Assembly: GCA_020631905.1 (NCBI GenBank)
Contig: JACKGQ010000002.1
Span: 789-64,788 of the forward strand
Source of the DNA: Candidatus Nomurabacteria bacterium
Lineage (GTDB): Bacteria > Patescibacteriota > Saccharimonadia > Saccharimonadales > VXPC01
Direction of reading: 5' to 3'
DNA length: 64,000 bases
Below, in pieces: positions 45,943 to 56,128 of this stretch. The position numbers and the translations under genes are program-made. The notes beneath the pieces were generated by a model. That model had not been told where the DNA came from and did not search any database. It saw nothing but the letters and a program-made list of their open reading frames with translations. Within the stretch, counting starts at the first letter, position 1, and each line of letters starts with the position of its first letter.

Positions 45943-47094
45943 CTAAAAACGTATAGGTTGGCCGTTATAGGTGCCACATTTATTGTTAGTCCAGGTGTTT
46001 GTGTCGGAGTACCACTGCTTGAGCTTAAGATCGTCGGCACATGGATAATACGAGCCAAAAATATCGTTGTCTTTAAATGTGTTTAGGCGAGGAGCATACC
46101 ATTTAACGAGCTCATCGGCACCAATAACCAGAATTCCGTAGTTACTAGAAAGCTTATTACCAATAACAGTGTTGTAGTTGGTAAGTAAACCATCTTTTCC
46201 GGTATCTTGGCACAAGATTAGGGCAGCACTCTTTTTGCCATATGGTCCGCCGGCACAATATTTGTGATATATCTGATAAGATTTTGTGGCCGGATGGCTT
46301 ATCTGGTTGTAAGAGATATTCCAATAGCTACCACCGTATATACTGACTCCTGCCCAATCTGAGTTGTAGCGTACAATGTTGTTTTTGAATGTTCCGCCCC
46401 AGACACCATTGATATCAACGCCTGGGCCAAAGTTTCTTTCGATTAGATTATTTTCTATTACCGGGTTTAGGAAGCGATCGTAAGTTCCGTTGGCACTTTT
46501 ATTAACTTCGCCATAAATACCAGCTCCAACCGGTACACCGCCAGTTATGCCACATTTGTAGCCAGACTTTTCGATAATACTATTCTTGACTGTGACGTTC
46601 TTACCGGTAATACCCAATGCCGAGCATGTGCCATTTCGGAGCCGTACATTATCAACATTCATATTCATCGAAACTAAACTGTAGGTGGCGATGTTGTTTG
46701 CATCTAAAGTGATGCTATCTATATTTAGAAATCCATCGGCTGTAAAAACGTTTAAGATACCGTCGCCAATTGTAGTTTGCCACGGTGCAACTGCCTTGAG
46801 AACTGTTTGATCACGTTTGCCCGAAACACCTTTGACTATCTTTTTGCCAAAAACGGGAATTGGTTTAGAGATTTCGTAGGTACCTGGCTGAATTTCTACA
46901 CAAGAGTACTTATTGATTGTGTCGGCGAGCGAAGTTGTGCCACTCCATGATTGGCAGGCGCTTTCGGCGTTGGCAGATTGCTCGTTAGATAGAAATATTC
47001 TCCAACCCGTAAAGCCGACAGCTGCGATGACACTTGCGGCCACGATAATTAATAATAAATGGTGGATAATGCCAGAGTTGTTTAATTTTTTCAT
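45943..47094 (-). CDS. secreted/anchored right-handed parallel beta-helix repeat protein
   Basis: N-terminal anchor SGIIHHLLLIIVAASVIAAVGFTGW. Repeated G-x-x-(V/I)-x-N-N-type turns (VKNSIIE, IENNLIERN, FKNNIVRYN, VIGNKL) typical of PbH1/pectate-lyase-like folds. Confidence 0.72.
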   Translation of the reverse strand: MKKLNNSGIIHHLLLIIVAASVIAAVGFTGWRIFLSNEQSANAESACQSWSGTTSLADTINKYSCVEIQPGTYEISKPIPVFGKKIVKGVSGKRDQTVLKAVAPWQTTIGDGILNVFTADGFLNIDSITLDANNIATYSLVSMNMNVDNVRLRNGTCSALGITGKNVTVKNSIIEKSGYKCGITGGVPVGAGIYGEVNKSANGTYDRFLNPVIENNLIERNFGPGVDINGVWGGTFKNNIVRYNSDWAGVSIYGGSYWNISYNQISHPATKSYQIYHKYCAGGPYGKKSAALILCQDTGKDGLLTNYNTVIGNKLSSNYGILVIGADELVKWYAPRLNTFKDNDIFGSYYPCADDLKLKQWYSDTNTWTNNKCGTYNGQPIRF

Positions 47095-47189
47095 TTTTGT
47101 TATTAAATACCTTTTTATGCTACAAAGATTTTAGCTCTTAATAATCAGCTTGTCTATATGGTTATGTTTTTTTGGAAAAAAGTAAAGTC

Positions 47190-49919
47190 CTACGCAGCAT
47201 CGACCAAATAGATTGAGCTTTCCAAGCCATACCCATTAAAGCGGACTTGCTCGACAGGCACAGATACTGGTGTTAATCGACCATTGGTCATAAGTGTCGA
47301 CATGGCGTCGTGAATAGCAGGTCGGTTTGTTGAAGCGCTACCTTTTTTGTCATATACCATCGCCAGCCTACGTCCGGCTCGCGCGGCAGTCGACTTGGCG
47401 TAAGTTAAATATTTTTCCAAAAAGTCACTAGCGTCGAGCTGGTTAACTGTGTTCTGAATAGGGTTTAAGCCCCGGATAATCAGAATCTCTTCTCCATCGT
47501 CTGTAGTTGCCTCTATGAATAAACCACTACCGACAAATCTAACCTGCTCACCCATATCTTCAGCAATTAGTACGGCAGTCAGGTTAGGCATGCTGGCCGC
47601 AATACTGTGATAGGATGTTGCCCAACAAGCATCACCAATTTGTCCAGACAGTTCCAAGCCAATGTCTCGGTTAGGAATAAACTGTAGCGTCTTGGTTTTG
47701 ACGTGAGTTGACTGCATTTTTGGTCGTAACAATCTGTCGAGTGCTGCACGTACTTCTGAAGTGTTAAACAGCTCTCTTCTGACAAATGCCTCAAAATTGA
47801 TATCGTTCGGCCGCAGCTTCAATAGAAACTCCTGAACAATCAAGTGGTCTACTACTTCTAAGACTGCATTCAGGTCGTCTAGGACACTCGTGTTATCTAG
47901 TAGGCGTCTAAAGGCAACCTTTAGTTCGTGACCTAAGTTCTCCTTTGCAAGTCGCAAGGCTTTCTCTCTTAGGGCATCTCGCATCGGCTTGATGTGTCCA
48001 AGTTTTGCGCACGCCTCTAGAAATCCCGTTACACCACTAGCCTCGGACAAATCTTCTAGGTAACTCCCATCGATAATTTTGTCGTAGTCGGATAGTTGTT
48101 GATTGATTCTAAATGCCTGCCTCGCAGATTTTGCTTCTGCTAATTTTTGTATGAGCCCAGCGTGTATCTGAAGAACTCGAGTGTGTAAATCACTTAGACG
48201 ATCACTATATACATCCAGATTTTCATCTTCGGACCAAGCAAGTTTAGCAATCTCGCAGAAGCTATCGATATAGCGCTCTGCTTCTTGATTCATTGAGTCT
48301 TGTTCCGACTTCCTCTCGACAATCTCGACCTTACCGCTATTCTGATATGTGTCGGTGTTAAGTGGCGCTGTCGCTTCTTCTGGATATTCCATCTGGGTCT
48401 CGAGAGTATATAGTTTATTTACTATTTCGCCTGACGAAGTATTTCCCCATATGGTGTCGTCAAAACGAACCGCCACGCGCCAAAGTCTTTCATAAACTTT
48501 AGAACCCTTGATTTTAGCCTGCTCGCTTGCGTAGTCCTCTGCAGTTTTATCGTTTCTAGCAATGAATCCTTGGATACTTAAAATTAGCTTCTTGAGCTGC
48601 TCTATACCTATCGCACCAATCTCTGTAATCCCGAGAAGTCTATGTTCATCTGTAAGTTCGCCATTTAAAATCCCTTCGGTAAATAAATAACTGTGGTAAT
48701 CTATGTTGCCGCGAAAGATTTCTAGAGCAATAATCGGTTGAGTTTTATAGCGATGGTAATACTCCCATAGAATATCGTTATGGCCTGTTTTAAGGATTTC
48801 AAATATATACTCCCTTGCAGATACTACGGTGTTCAGCCCAAAAACCTCTGCAAGTTCCTCGAAACTCGGACCATAAAGATGACGTGTATCTTCGAGCAGC
48901 TTACCCCGACTGTTCGGTTCAATGGAGCGGAGTATTTCTAGGAATAGTTCAGGATCGAGTGGATCAAAATATGATTCTTTGTCGACTAAAACCTTTAAGG
49001 CAATTTCACCCGTAGCCATAAACAATGCATCTTGTCTGGTAAAATGCGGCATTTCGGTATCGGACCCATCTGTATCATTATTAAACATATGGTAGTCATG
49101 TCCCCAGAACACTCTTGAAACTTCTAGTATATAGTGGGCTGCTCGCCGACTGGAGCGCATCAAGCCATAGCCTGCCTCTGCCCGAGTGTAGCCATAGCCC
49201 GCAGGCTGCCCTGAAACTAGATATCTGCTCGTTTCATAACTTGCCCTCACGAAGTCACGGTATGCACCTGCTACCATTTCAGTATTACCACCGATTATTG
49301 AAGCAGACTCAAAAAGCTCTGCCTGGCTTAAGCCACCAATATGTTTAGAAAAGATGATGCCAGCTATAAGTATTTTTTGAACTGGTGCACCAACCCTATA
49401 CGACACAAAAAACGGTAAACGAGTTTCGCCCTGGTACGCAACATTAAATGCATCATTCATTTGGCGAGAAATCATATGCTTGGCGACATCTTTTAGATCA
49501 AGGCAGCTAGTATCTAGAATGAGCTTGCTGTCATCTACCTTAATTCGCTCTTCAGACCACCAACCTCGTTTTTCACGTTCTTCCCAACTCATGCCTTCGT
49601 ACTCAGCATGTAATCGTTCTTTTTCTGCTGCTTGAGCTTTGGTTTTCGCCATTTCATCGATTGTTAATGCGAAATATCTAATTCCAAAGTCGATGATACT
49701 GGCAATCGAATGATGAGCATATTGAGAATTGCTAGTTCGCTTACCATCCTCATCCAGAATATCCGGATTAACAGTTATCGATGCTAGAGTAGACAAGACT
49801 TTTGCTTTATCTGGATGATTTATCGCTTCGTATAGGCTTCTTGTTTCCCAATCGGAGTCCAAAAATTTCTCCAGCTCCGCGGAGGTAACTACTTTGTCAA
49901 CCTGGGTCTGCTCACTCAA
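47190..49919 (-). CDS. large hypothetical protein (909 aa), no recognisable domain
   Basis: Uninterrupted 909-codon ORF. No P-loop, nuclease, protease or TM motif seen by eye. Confidence 0.7.
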   Translation of the reverse strand: MSEQTQVDKVVTSAELEKFLDSDWETRSLYEAINHPDKAKVLSTLASITVNPDILDEDGKRTSNSQYAHHSIASIIDFGIRYFALTIDEMAKTKAQAAEKERLHAEYEGMSWEEREKRGWWSEERIKVDDSKLILDTSCLDLKDVAKHMISRQMNDAFNVAYQGETRLPFFVSYRVGAPVQKILIAGIIFSKHIGGLSQAELFESASIIGGNTEMVAGAYRDFVRASYETSRYLVSGQPAGYGYTRAEAGYGLMRSSRRAAHYILEVSRVFWGHDYHMFNNDTDGSDTEMPHFTRQDALFMATGEIALKVLVDKESYFDPLDPELFLEILRSIEPNSRGKLLEDTRHLYGPSFEELAEVFGLNTVVSAREYIFEILKTGHNDILWEYYHRYKTQPIIALEIFRGNIDYHSYLFTEGILNGELTDEHRLLGITEIGAIGIEQLKKLILSIQGFIARNDKTAEDYASEQAKIKGSKVYERLWRVAVRFDDTIWGNTSSGEIVNKLYTLETQMEYPEEATAPLNTDTYQNSGKVEIVERKSEQDSMNQEAERYIDSFCEIAKLAWSEDENLDVYSDRLSDLHTRVLQIHAGLIQKLAEAKSARQAFRINQQLSDYDKIIDGSYLEDLSEASGVTGFLEACAKLGHIKPMRDALREKALRLAKENLGHELKVAFRRLLDNTSVLDDLNAVLEVVDHLIVQEFLLKLRPNDINFEAFVRRELFNTSEVRAALDRLLRPKMQSTHVKTKTLQFIPNRDIGLELSGQIGDACWATSYHSIAASMPNLTAVLIAEDMGEQVRFVGSGLFIEATTDDGEEILIIRGLNPIQNTVNQLDASDFLEKYLTYAKSTAARAGRRLAMVYDKKGSASTNRPAIHDAMSTLMTNGRLTPVSVPVEQVRFNGYGLESSIYLVDAA

Positions 49920-50007
49920 TACAATCCGCTCGCAAATTTATCACTTAATAGATAGCTTATTTTATCATAAATTATGTAGATAGTCTATTTAGTTATATGT
50001 AGTGTGG

Positions 50008-50997
50008 TTAGTTTTTTGGTGGGTCGGTCGGCTTGAGGTCGCTCGACTTATAAACCATCAAGTAACTGCCGTTAGACAGTTTAACTACACCGGGATCGGC
50101 TGCCATAGCGCCGGGGTTATAATTTGAGTTTGTTTTGGTAAATGTCTGGCCATCATTTGAGGTGGCTATATCTATGCCACCAGTAAACAGATAGTAGGTT
50201 GAGCGGTCTAAAATAACGTTGGGAATAGCCCCTCCGCTATAAGCAACACCCTCATAAGTGAAGTTAAGCCCATCGGTTGAGGTGGCGCTTATTACCTTTA
50301 GATCACCTGTGCCAGTGTACATCCGCCATAAATCACCGAATTGTACGACGTCTGGGTCGTAGATATTGCTATATTCAAACCGTGCACCGTCTTCTTGAGT
50401 AAAATTTAAGCCATCTTCGGAAATTGCAGAATAGATGCCATGGGTGCCGCTGCCCGAGCGAGCCGTGCTGAAGTCTAGATAAAACAGCCTAATGCGACCA
50501 TCCGCGAGCAAGAACGGTGCCGGGTCGACAGGCACTCGATCGCCTACACCTTCGATGGCAATAAACTGCCGATCACTCCAGGTTTCGCCATCATCTGTAG
50601 ATGTCCGCAAACCAATTTGTTCGGGCAAACCGTCGGTCGAGACATCGACAAAGTATAAGTACAAGACCCCATCTTTCTCGATAACATCTGGCACACTAGC
50701 ATGTTCTTGGAGTAATGTACCGGGAGTTTTTGGCCACTGATCAATCCGATTCGACACGACGAAGTAAACACTGTCGTGATAAGGACCTTGAGGCATTTCC
50801 GACCAATTATAGTTTTGGCTGTTAGAATTCGGTGTTTTGGCAGAAGATGTTTTCTGTGTCTGGCTACTACTTGGCTGGTCTGGTTCAGCCTTTTTAAACA
50901 CTTTAATGTAAGAGAAGTAGCCCACGACTCCAATCACCACTAGCATCAAGACCAGCAACAAATAATGCGCAAAACCATCTTGCTTATGCTTAAACAT
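50008..50997 (-). CDS. anchored BNR/Asp-box-like beta-propeller protein
   Basis: N-terminal anchor DGFAHYLLLVLMLVVIGVVGYFSY. One canonical Asp-box STDDGETWS plus periodic S-x-DG-x-x-F-T repeats (SEDGLNFT, STDGLNFT, SNDGQTFT). Confidence 0.7.
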   Translation of the reverse strand: MFKHKQDGFAHYLLLVLMLVVIGVVGYFSYIKVFKKAEPDQPSSSQTQKTSSAKTPNSNSQNYNWSEMPQGPYHDSVYFVVSNRIDQWPKTPGTLLQEHASVPDVIEKDGVLYLYFVDVSTDGLPEQIGLRTSTDDGETWSDRQFIAIEGVGDRVPVDPAPFLLADGRIRLFYLDFSTARSGSGTHGIYSAISEDGLNFTQEDGARFEYSNIYDPDVVQFGDLWRMYTGTGDLKVISATSTDGLNFTYEGVAYSGGAIPNVILDRSTYYLFTGGIDIATSNDGQTFTKTNSNYNPGAMAADPGVVKLSNGSYLMVYKSSDLKPTDPPKN

Positions 50998-51089
50998 AGA
51001 TTGATTCTAGCATTTGTTTGGAATTTTCTTAAACATAACCCCCTGCCTAACTACGATATATTGTCAAACAAACATAAGCACTTTAAGAT

Positions 51090-52061
51090 ATGCTTATGAA
51101 AAGACTTTCTAATGGTTTCTCGATAGTTGAGTTATTTTTGGTAGTTGCGGTCTTGGCGATTGCTGGGGTTGGCGGCTACTACGTATATAAACGCAATCAG
51201 TCAAAGCCCGATAATCAACTCCAAACAGAGCTAAAAACAGACAATCAAGCCAGTGATTCTGACTCAACGCTCGAGTTCGAAGATGGTATACGCCTCCAAC
51301 CGAGTACTTTTGGGGTTACGGCTGGTTTGCCAGTTGCCGATGTGTCGGCAATTCAGCTAGACAATGGTAGCTGGCGCATCTACGCTTTTGCCCAAGAGCA
51401 AGGTATTGTCAGCGCAATTAGTGATGATGGCCTAAACTTTACTGCCGAAACTGGAGCACGTCTGGGCGACGGTGCTGGCATGCCAAGAATAATTAGACTC
51501 GCAGACAATACATATCGGATGTACTTTATCGACCAAGGTAACGTTTCGAGCGCAACCTCAGTCGACGGCCTAACTTTTGTAAAAGAAAATGGCTTTCGAA
51601 TCACTGCCCCAGACGGGGTTGATGCAACTACGGGTATTTCTACGCCTATCAAACTGAGCGACGGCAAATGGCATACTTACTTTTCGGAGCTACCTAGACC
51701 AGGCGAAGGCTTAAAAGCCTTTAATGTTTACAGTGCTATATCAGATGATCTAATCAGTTGGACTGTCCAGGATGGGGTCCGAATTGGTGGTACACTCGTT
51801 CCGACTGCCGAGCATCCTGATGCAGTAGTTAACGACAAAGGCGAGGTGGTGCTGTATTTCTTTGTTAATGAAACAAGAAAACTAATGACAGCCACATCTG
51901 TCGATGGTCTAAAATTCGAGAACTTAAAAGACACTGGACTCGACTGTAATGACCCGAATATTGCTACAAGCTCAAGTGGTGAATATCGACTTTATTGTGG
52001 CGACTTCGATGAGCAAGCTGGCGGGATAGTCAAAAGCGCTCAAATTTCGACCCTTCCATAG
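51090..52061 (+). CDS. type IV pilin-like N-terminus fused to BNR/Asp-box-like beta-propeller
   Basis: Class III (prepilin) signal KRLSNG/FSIVELFLVVAVLAIAG with Glu at +5. Periodic SDDGLNFT, SVDGLTFV, SDDLISWT, SVDGLKFE. Divergent paralog of 50008..50997. Confidence 0.72.
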   Translation: MLMKRLSNGFSIVELFLVVAVLAIAGVGGYYVYKRNQSKPDNQLQTELKTDNQASDSDSTLEFEDGIRLQPSTFGVTAGLPVADVSAIQLDNGSWRIYAFAQEQGIVSAISDDGLNFTAETGARLGDGAGMPRIIRLADNTYRMYFIDQGNVSSATSVDGLTFVKENGFRITAPDGVDATTGISTPIKLSDGKWHTYFSELPRPGEGLKAFNVYSAISDDLISWTVQDGVRIGGTLVPTAEHPDAVVNDKGEVVLYFFVNETRKLMTATSVDGLKFENLKDTGLDCNDPNIATSSSGEYRLYCGDFDEQAGGIVKSAQISTLP

Positions 52062-52148
52062 GTGCAACAACGTTTATTGCAGGTGTATCTGTTTTATTGC
52101 GACGAAAGCTTAAGCGTGTTAAATTATGAGTAGTAATAGGAGAGTCTT

Positions 52149-52838
52149 TTGATGGACGAAAACAACCAACCTCAACAGCCAGCGATGCCTCAGATGGATC
52201 AAGCCACACCACAAAACCCAGCACCAGTAAACACAATGCCAGCCACGCCTGAGCAGCCGATGGCTCAGTCAACAACGCCACCTGCTATGCAGGAACCCAC
52301 TCAGCAACCTGTAGCTGCGGACTCAACCCCTGCTGCGGTAGCGGCAGAAGCATCAATGCCGGCCGCCAACCCTACACCGGCATACAATCCAATGCCAAAC
52401 TACGCGCAAACCACACCGATGTCGGCGAGTGTAGGTAACGGAGATAAGTGGCGTAAAATTGCAGTTATTAGTTTTGGCGTAGCCATACTAATGCTGCTCG
52501 TTGGAACTCTAATGCACTGGCTAAAGCTTAAATTTGATATCGGAAACTTAGGCGCCAACGAACTTAAATCTAAGGAACGGGTAGCCTATACCGTGCTGTC
52601 ATTTTCGGCCCTACTGACCACTTTAGCTTATTTGCGACGTTGGCGCTGGATATTGATTGCTTCACTGTTACCGATGTTGTTTGTAGTAGTGATGGTCTTC
52701 AACCAAATGCCTCGAGATGAGGTCGACAAATTAGTCGTGAGTATCCAGCCTGGTTTCTGGTTAGCACTGATTGGCTCGGTAACCGCCAGTATCACGACTG
52801 TCTGGCTGATGGTTATTACGCGTAAGAATAAGCTCTAG
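52149..52838 (+). CDS. membrane protein with P/Q/A-rich N-terminal region
   Basis: 229-aa ORF. About 100 aa of low complexity are followed by four hydrophobic segments. Confidence 0.6.
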   Translation: MMDENNQPQQPAMPQMDQATPQNPAPVNTMPATPEQPMAQSTTPPAMQEPTQQPVAADSTPAAVAAEASMPAANPTPAYNPMPNYAQTTPMSASVGNGDKWRKIAVISFGVAILMLLVGTLMHWLKLKFDIGNLGANELKSKERVAYTVLSFSALLTTLAYLRRWRWILIASLLPMLFVVVMVFNQMPRDEVDKLVVSIQPGFWLALIGSVTASITTVWLMVITRKNKL

Positions 52839-52862
52839 ACATCATTTAGTACATGCTCAGAG

Positions 52863-53645
52863 TTAAGCAGACGCTAGTCTATATTGCTGTTCAAGCATTT
52901 CGATATTCACAACATTTCCAGCATTTAAAAGCTCTAGGTAACCCGCCCAGGTTTTTTCTCCGGTAATTTGATTGGCTGGCACGAGGGTATCGGCCTGCTG
53001 ATCTATTGGCAATAACTCGTCTAATTTACATAGCATAATATGCAGTCGACGACTTGCATCATCTTTCTGCACATCAGGTCCGACACAAGTCGATCGCTTA
53101 TGAAGTTCTTTGACCATCCAGTAAAGATAGCCTGCTTGTGATCTATGGTATTTTGTGATGCGCATAACCCCAAGTAACCATACGGTTACTATTCGCTGAT
53201 CGTATATTGCATTAATCATCGCCTCGTCTTGGACTTTTTTAACCGACCTTTTTAAATGCTCATCATTCGATTTTAGCTGTTCGATAACACCGTTAGTGTC
53301 TACTTCTTCTGAAATTCTAGGTAGCAGATTTGCCAGTAGCTCGTATTTTGGCATACGATCGATTTCGCTTTGTACTTCTTGGGTAGCTTGTTTGCGCGAC
53401 AGCCAGTTAATGCCAGCAGCGATTATTGCAAGCCCTCCGACTGCATCTATTTTTGCAGACCAAGACAATAATTCCGCAACCGCTATTGTGGCGGTGCCAC
53501 CGATAGCCGCAGCTAGTTCGAATCTCGCATTCCGACCACTAGATTCAACAAGTTCGGCTAATCTGTTACCGAGATCTTCCGATACTGTTTGCGTTCGACC
53601 AGTGTTTTTTGGTGCTTGAACGCCAGGTCTAAGTGGCATTTCCAT
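52863..53645 (-). CDS. hypothetical protein
   Basis: 260-aa ORF with two hydrophobic segments near residues 45-90. No motif recognised. Confidence 0.55.
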   Translation of the reverse strand: MEMPLRPGVQAPKNTGRTQTVSEDLGNRLAELVESSGRNARFELAAAIGGTATIAVAELLSWSAKIDAVGGLAIIAAGINWLSRKQATQEVQSEIDRMPKYELLANLLPRISEEVDTNGVIEQLKSNDEHLKRSVKKVQDEAMINAIYDQRIVTVWLLGVMRITKYHRSQAGYLYWMVKELHKRSTCVGPDVQKDDASRRLHIMLCKLDELLPIDQQADTLVPANQITGEKTWAGYLELLNAGNVVNIEMLEQQYRLASA

Positions 53646-53834
53646 ATTATCTCCTTGTGATTGACTTATATAATTTCACTTTTTTATAATAATTTCAATA
53701 TTATGGTTAATTAGATTTAGTTGAACTACTTCATAATGGCGCACTCGAGAAAATTAGCATTCAGCAATTAAGAATAAGCGTTTACTTCTTGCAATAGAAG
53801 CTCTAGAATGACTTCATAATTTTAGGAGTCTAAT

Positions 53835-54353
53835 ATGAACTACAATATCCACCCGATTATCGTCCATTTTCCCGTAGCCCTACTAACCTTGGCCAGTGTC
53901 CTGGCAGTCATCATGCAGTTTAATCGTTTTGCTAAATACAGAAAACAGCTGAGTTTTGCCTACCGAATGCTGTTGTTAATCGGACTAGCTGGCGCCTTAG
54001 TCGCCCGTATGACCGGTGAGGCAGCCGCCGAACTGACTGTCCGAGACCACGACCTCCTAGAGCGTCATGAACTGTTTTCGAGTCTGGCTACGATATTCTA
54101 TGGACTACTTGTGTTTATTGAATTTCTGCCAAGTGTTGTAGCGTTTGCAGCTAAGAGAAATTGGCTTAAACCAAAAACCAAAAGAAGCATTCTGCAATTC
54201 GCCCAAAAACTGGCTAACCCAAAGTTGGTTTCGATCATGGCAATTTTAGCGGTGATTAGTCTGGTGGTAACTGGCATGCTTGGCGGGGCAATGGTATATG
54301 GGGAAACAGCCGACCCACTGACCAAATATGTACTCCAGCTGCTTGGTCTTTAA
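53835..54353 (+). CDS. DUF2231-like membrane protein
   Basis: N-terminal IHPIIVHFPVALL is characteristic of DUF2231. Four TM segments. Confidence 0.7.
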   Translation: MNYNIHPIIVHFPVALLTLASVLAVIMQFNRFAKYRKQLSFAYRMLLLIGLAGALVARMTGEAAAELTVRDHDLLERHELFSSLATIFYGLLVFIEFLPSVVAFAAKRNWLKPKTKRSILQFAQKLANPKLVSIMAILAVISLVVTGMLGGAMVYGETADPLTKYVLQLLGL

Positions 54354-54390
54354 AATCCTTTAGATATAGCTAATGGTATACTGGTTATAG

Positions 54391-55581
54391 ATGCTTGAAT
54401 TCAATCTACCATTGTTTTTGGCTTGTTTCTTCTTGGCCACTTTAATTGTCGGCGCGGTTTTACGTAAAGTGCGCATACCTTGGATATTTGCAGCTTTGAT
54501 GATTGGCACCTCATTATCTTTCCACAATCCGTTTTCTGCCCAGACTAATAGCGATGCATTCGCCTTTCTTGCCCAACTGGGCATGTTTTTCATGTTGTTT
54601 ATAATCGGTTTCGAGATTAATTTACGAGACTTGCTTAAACAAGGAAAGTATATTGTTGCATCTTCAATGTTTATCGTCTTAAGCGAAGCAGCCATTGGTT
54701 CTGTACTTTTATATAGTTTCTTTGACGTGAAATGGCCAATCGCTATCTTGGCTGCAACCTCTTTTGCGACAGTTGGTGAATCTGTTTTATTGCCAATATT
54801 GGAAGAGTTTAAGGTTATTAAAACAAACTTAGGTCAGACTATGCTGGGGATTGGTGTTATAGACGATATAATCGAGCTAATCACAATTGTTCTTGCGAGT
54901 ATTGCAGTCGGTTTGCAGTCTGGGCACTCACACTTCAAAATTGCTACATTCGCAAGTGTACTCGGTATAATGTTTGGCTTGGCTATTCTGCTTACTGGTA
55001 TCCGAAAGCCAGCCCAAAGAATTAGATATTATCGGTTTGATTACTTCTTTCTGTTTGTAATGTTTCTGTTCTTTATCTTTGTCGGCATAGGCCAATTAAT
55101 TGATGCAGCCAGCTTAGGCGCACTATTGTCTGGTATGGCATTGCGCAACTTCTTGCCCGAAACCAAACTTAAGCACCTAGAATCTGAAATAAGAACGCTC
55201 GCCTATGGTTTGTTCGGACCGATCTTCTTCTTATGGGTAGGTCTAGACACAGATGCACACGTCTTAGTGCAGTTTCCGCTACTAATCTTATTTATCACTG
55301 CAATGGCCAATCTAACAAAAATTATCGCGAGCATCATTGTAGGCAAAAAGCGCTTTGGAGTGAATGGCTCGGTAATTATGGGCATAGGTTTATCGGTACG
55401 TTTTAGCACCAGCATCGTGATTATTAAACTACTTCACGATAACGGTATGATCGATAGTAAGTTATATTCAGTTCTGCTAGGCTCGACGATAATCTTTAAG
55501 TTTATTATTCCGCCAGTCTTAGCCTACTTAATCCCTCGTTGGCAAAAAGCTAACCCTGAGCAAGCAGTAATAAACAGCTGA
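54391..55581 (+). CDS. cation:proton antiporter (CPA/Kef-type)
   Basis: About 11 TM segments with CPA-type motifs (ATSFATVGESVLLPILEE, GVIDDIIELI). Confidence 0.85.
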   Translation: MLEFNLPLFLACFFLATLIVGAVLRKVRIPWIFAALMIGTSLSFHNPFSAQTNSDAFAFLAQLGMFFMLFIIGFEINLRDLLKQGKYIVASSMFIVLSEAAIGSVLLYSFFDVKWPIAILAATSFATVGESVLLPILEEFKVIKTNLGQTMLGIGVIDDIIELITIVLASIAVGLQSGHSHFKIATFASVLGIMFGLAILLTGIRKPAQRIRYYRFDYFFLFVMFLFFIFVGIGQLIDAASLGALLSGMALRNFLPETKLKHLESEIRTLAYGLFGPIFFLWVGLDTDAHVLVQFPLLILFITAMANLTKIIASIIVGKKRFGVNGSVIMGIGLSVRFSTSIVIIKLLHDNGMIDSKLYSVLLGSTIIFKFIIPPVLAYLIPRWQKANPEQAVINS

Positions 55582-56015
55582 TGGATATACACGACGAGTT
55601 CAAGCCAGAATTGAGTCCAAAAGATATGCTCGAGCTAGGTGTTTTTGGTGGAGCATATTTCGAAGACATACCTGGCGAGTTCCCAATAGACTGGTTTAAG
55701 TCCGCAAGATTATCGAAGAATGGTAAGCCCGACCCGATGCTTAATTACTACGAAATAGAGGCCTCGCAACCGTTACAGGTATGGCAACAAAAGGGCTGGA
55801 TCCACCCCCAAGACCCGATGGGTTGGTTTCAGTGGTACTGTCGCTACTATCTTGGCAGGCGGACAGACGATGATACCCGCCAGATAAAGCGCTGGAAAGC
55901 TATTCGCAGACACATAAGCCAAATCAAAAATGCCTGTAGTCCAGGAGATTTAAGTTGTCGCCGAAAACAACGCCAGGCTTTATTGCATTGGGCTTACGAT
56001 AGTCGAAAAATATAA
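55581..56015 (+). CDS. conserved-looking hypothetical protein
   Basis: 144-aa ORF whose start overlaps the antiporter stop. GWFQWYCRYYLGRR...RQIKRW looks like a conserved family that I cannot name. Confidence 0.55.
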   Translation: MDIHDEFKPELSPKDMLELGVFGGAYFEDIPGEFPIDWFKSARLSKNGKPDPMLNYYEIEASQPLQVWQQKGWIHPQDPMGWFQWYCRYYLGRRTDDDTRQIKRWKAIRRHISQIKNACSPGDLSCRRKQRQALLHWAYDSRKI

Positions 56016-56128
56016 TAATTTTTTCATACTTAGTGTTGACATTACATTATGTATGGAGTACTCTTTGTATAGTGTGGTATGTACACTTACTGCACATGCT
56101 CATTAACAATCTAGTCAGGGAGTGCTCC

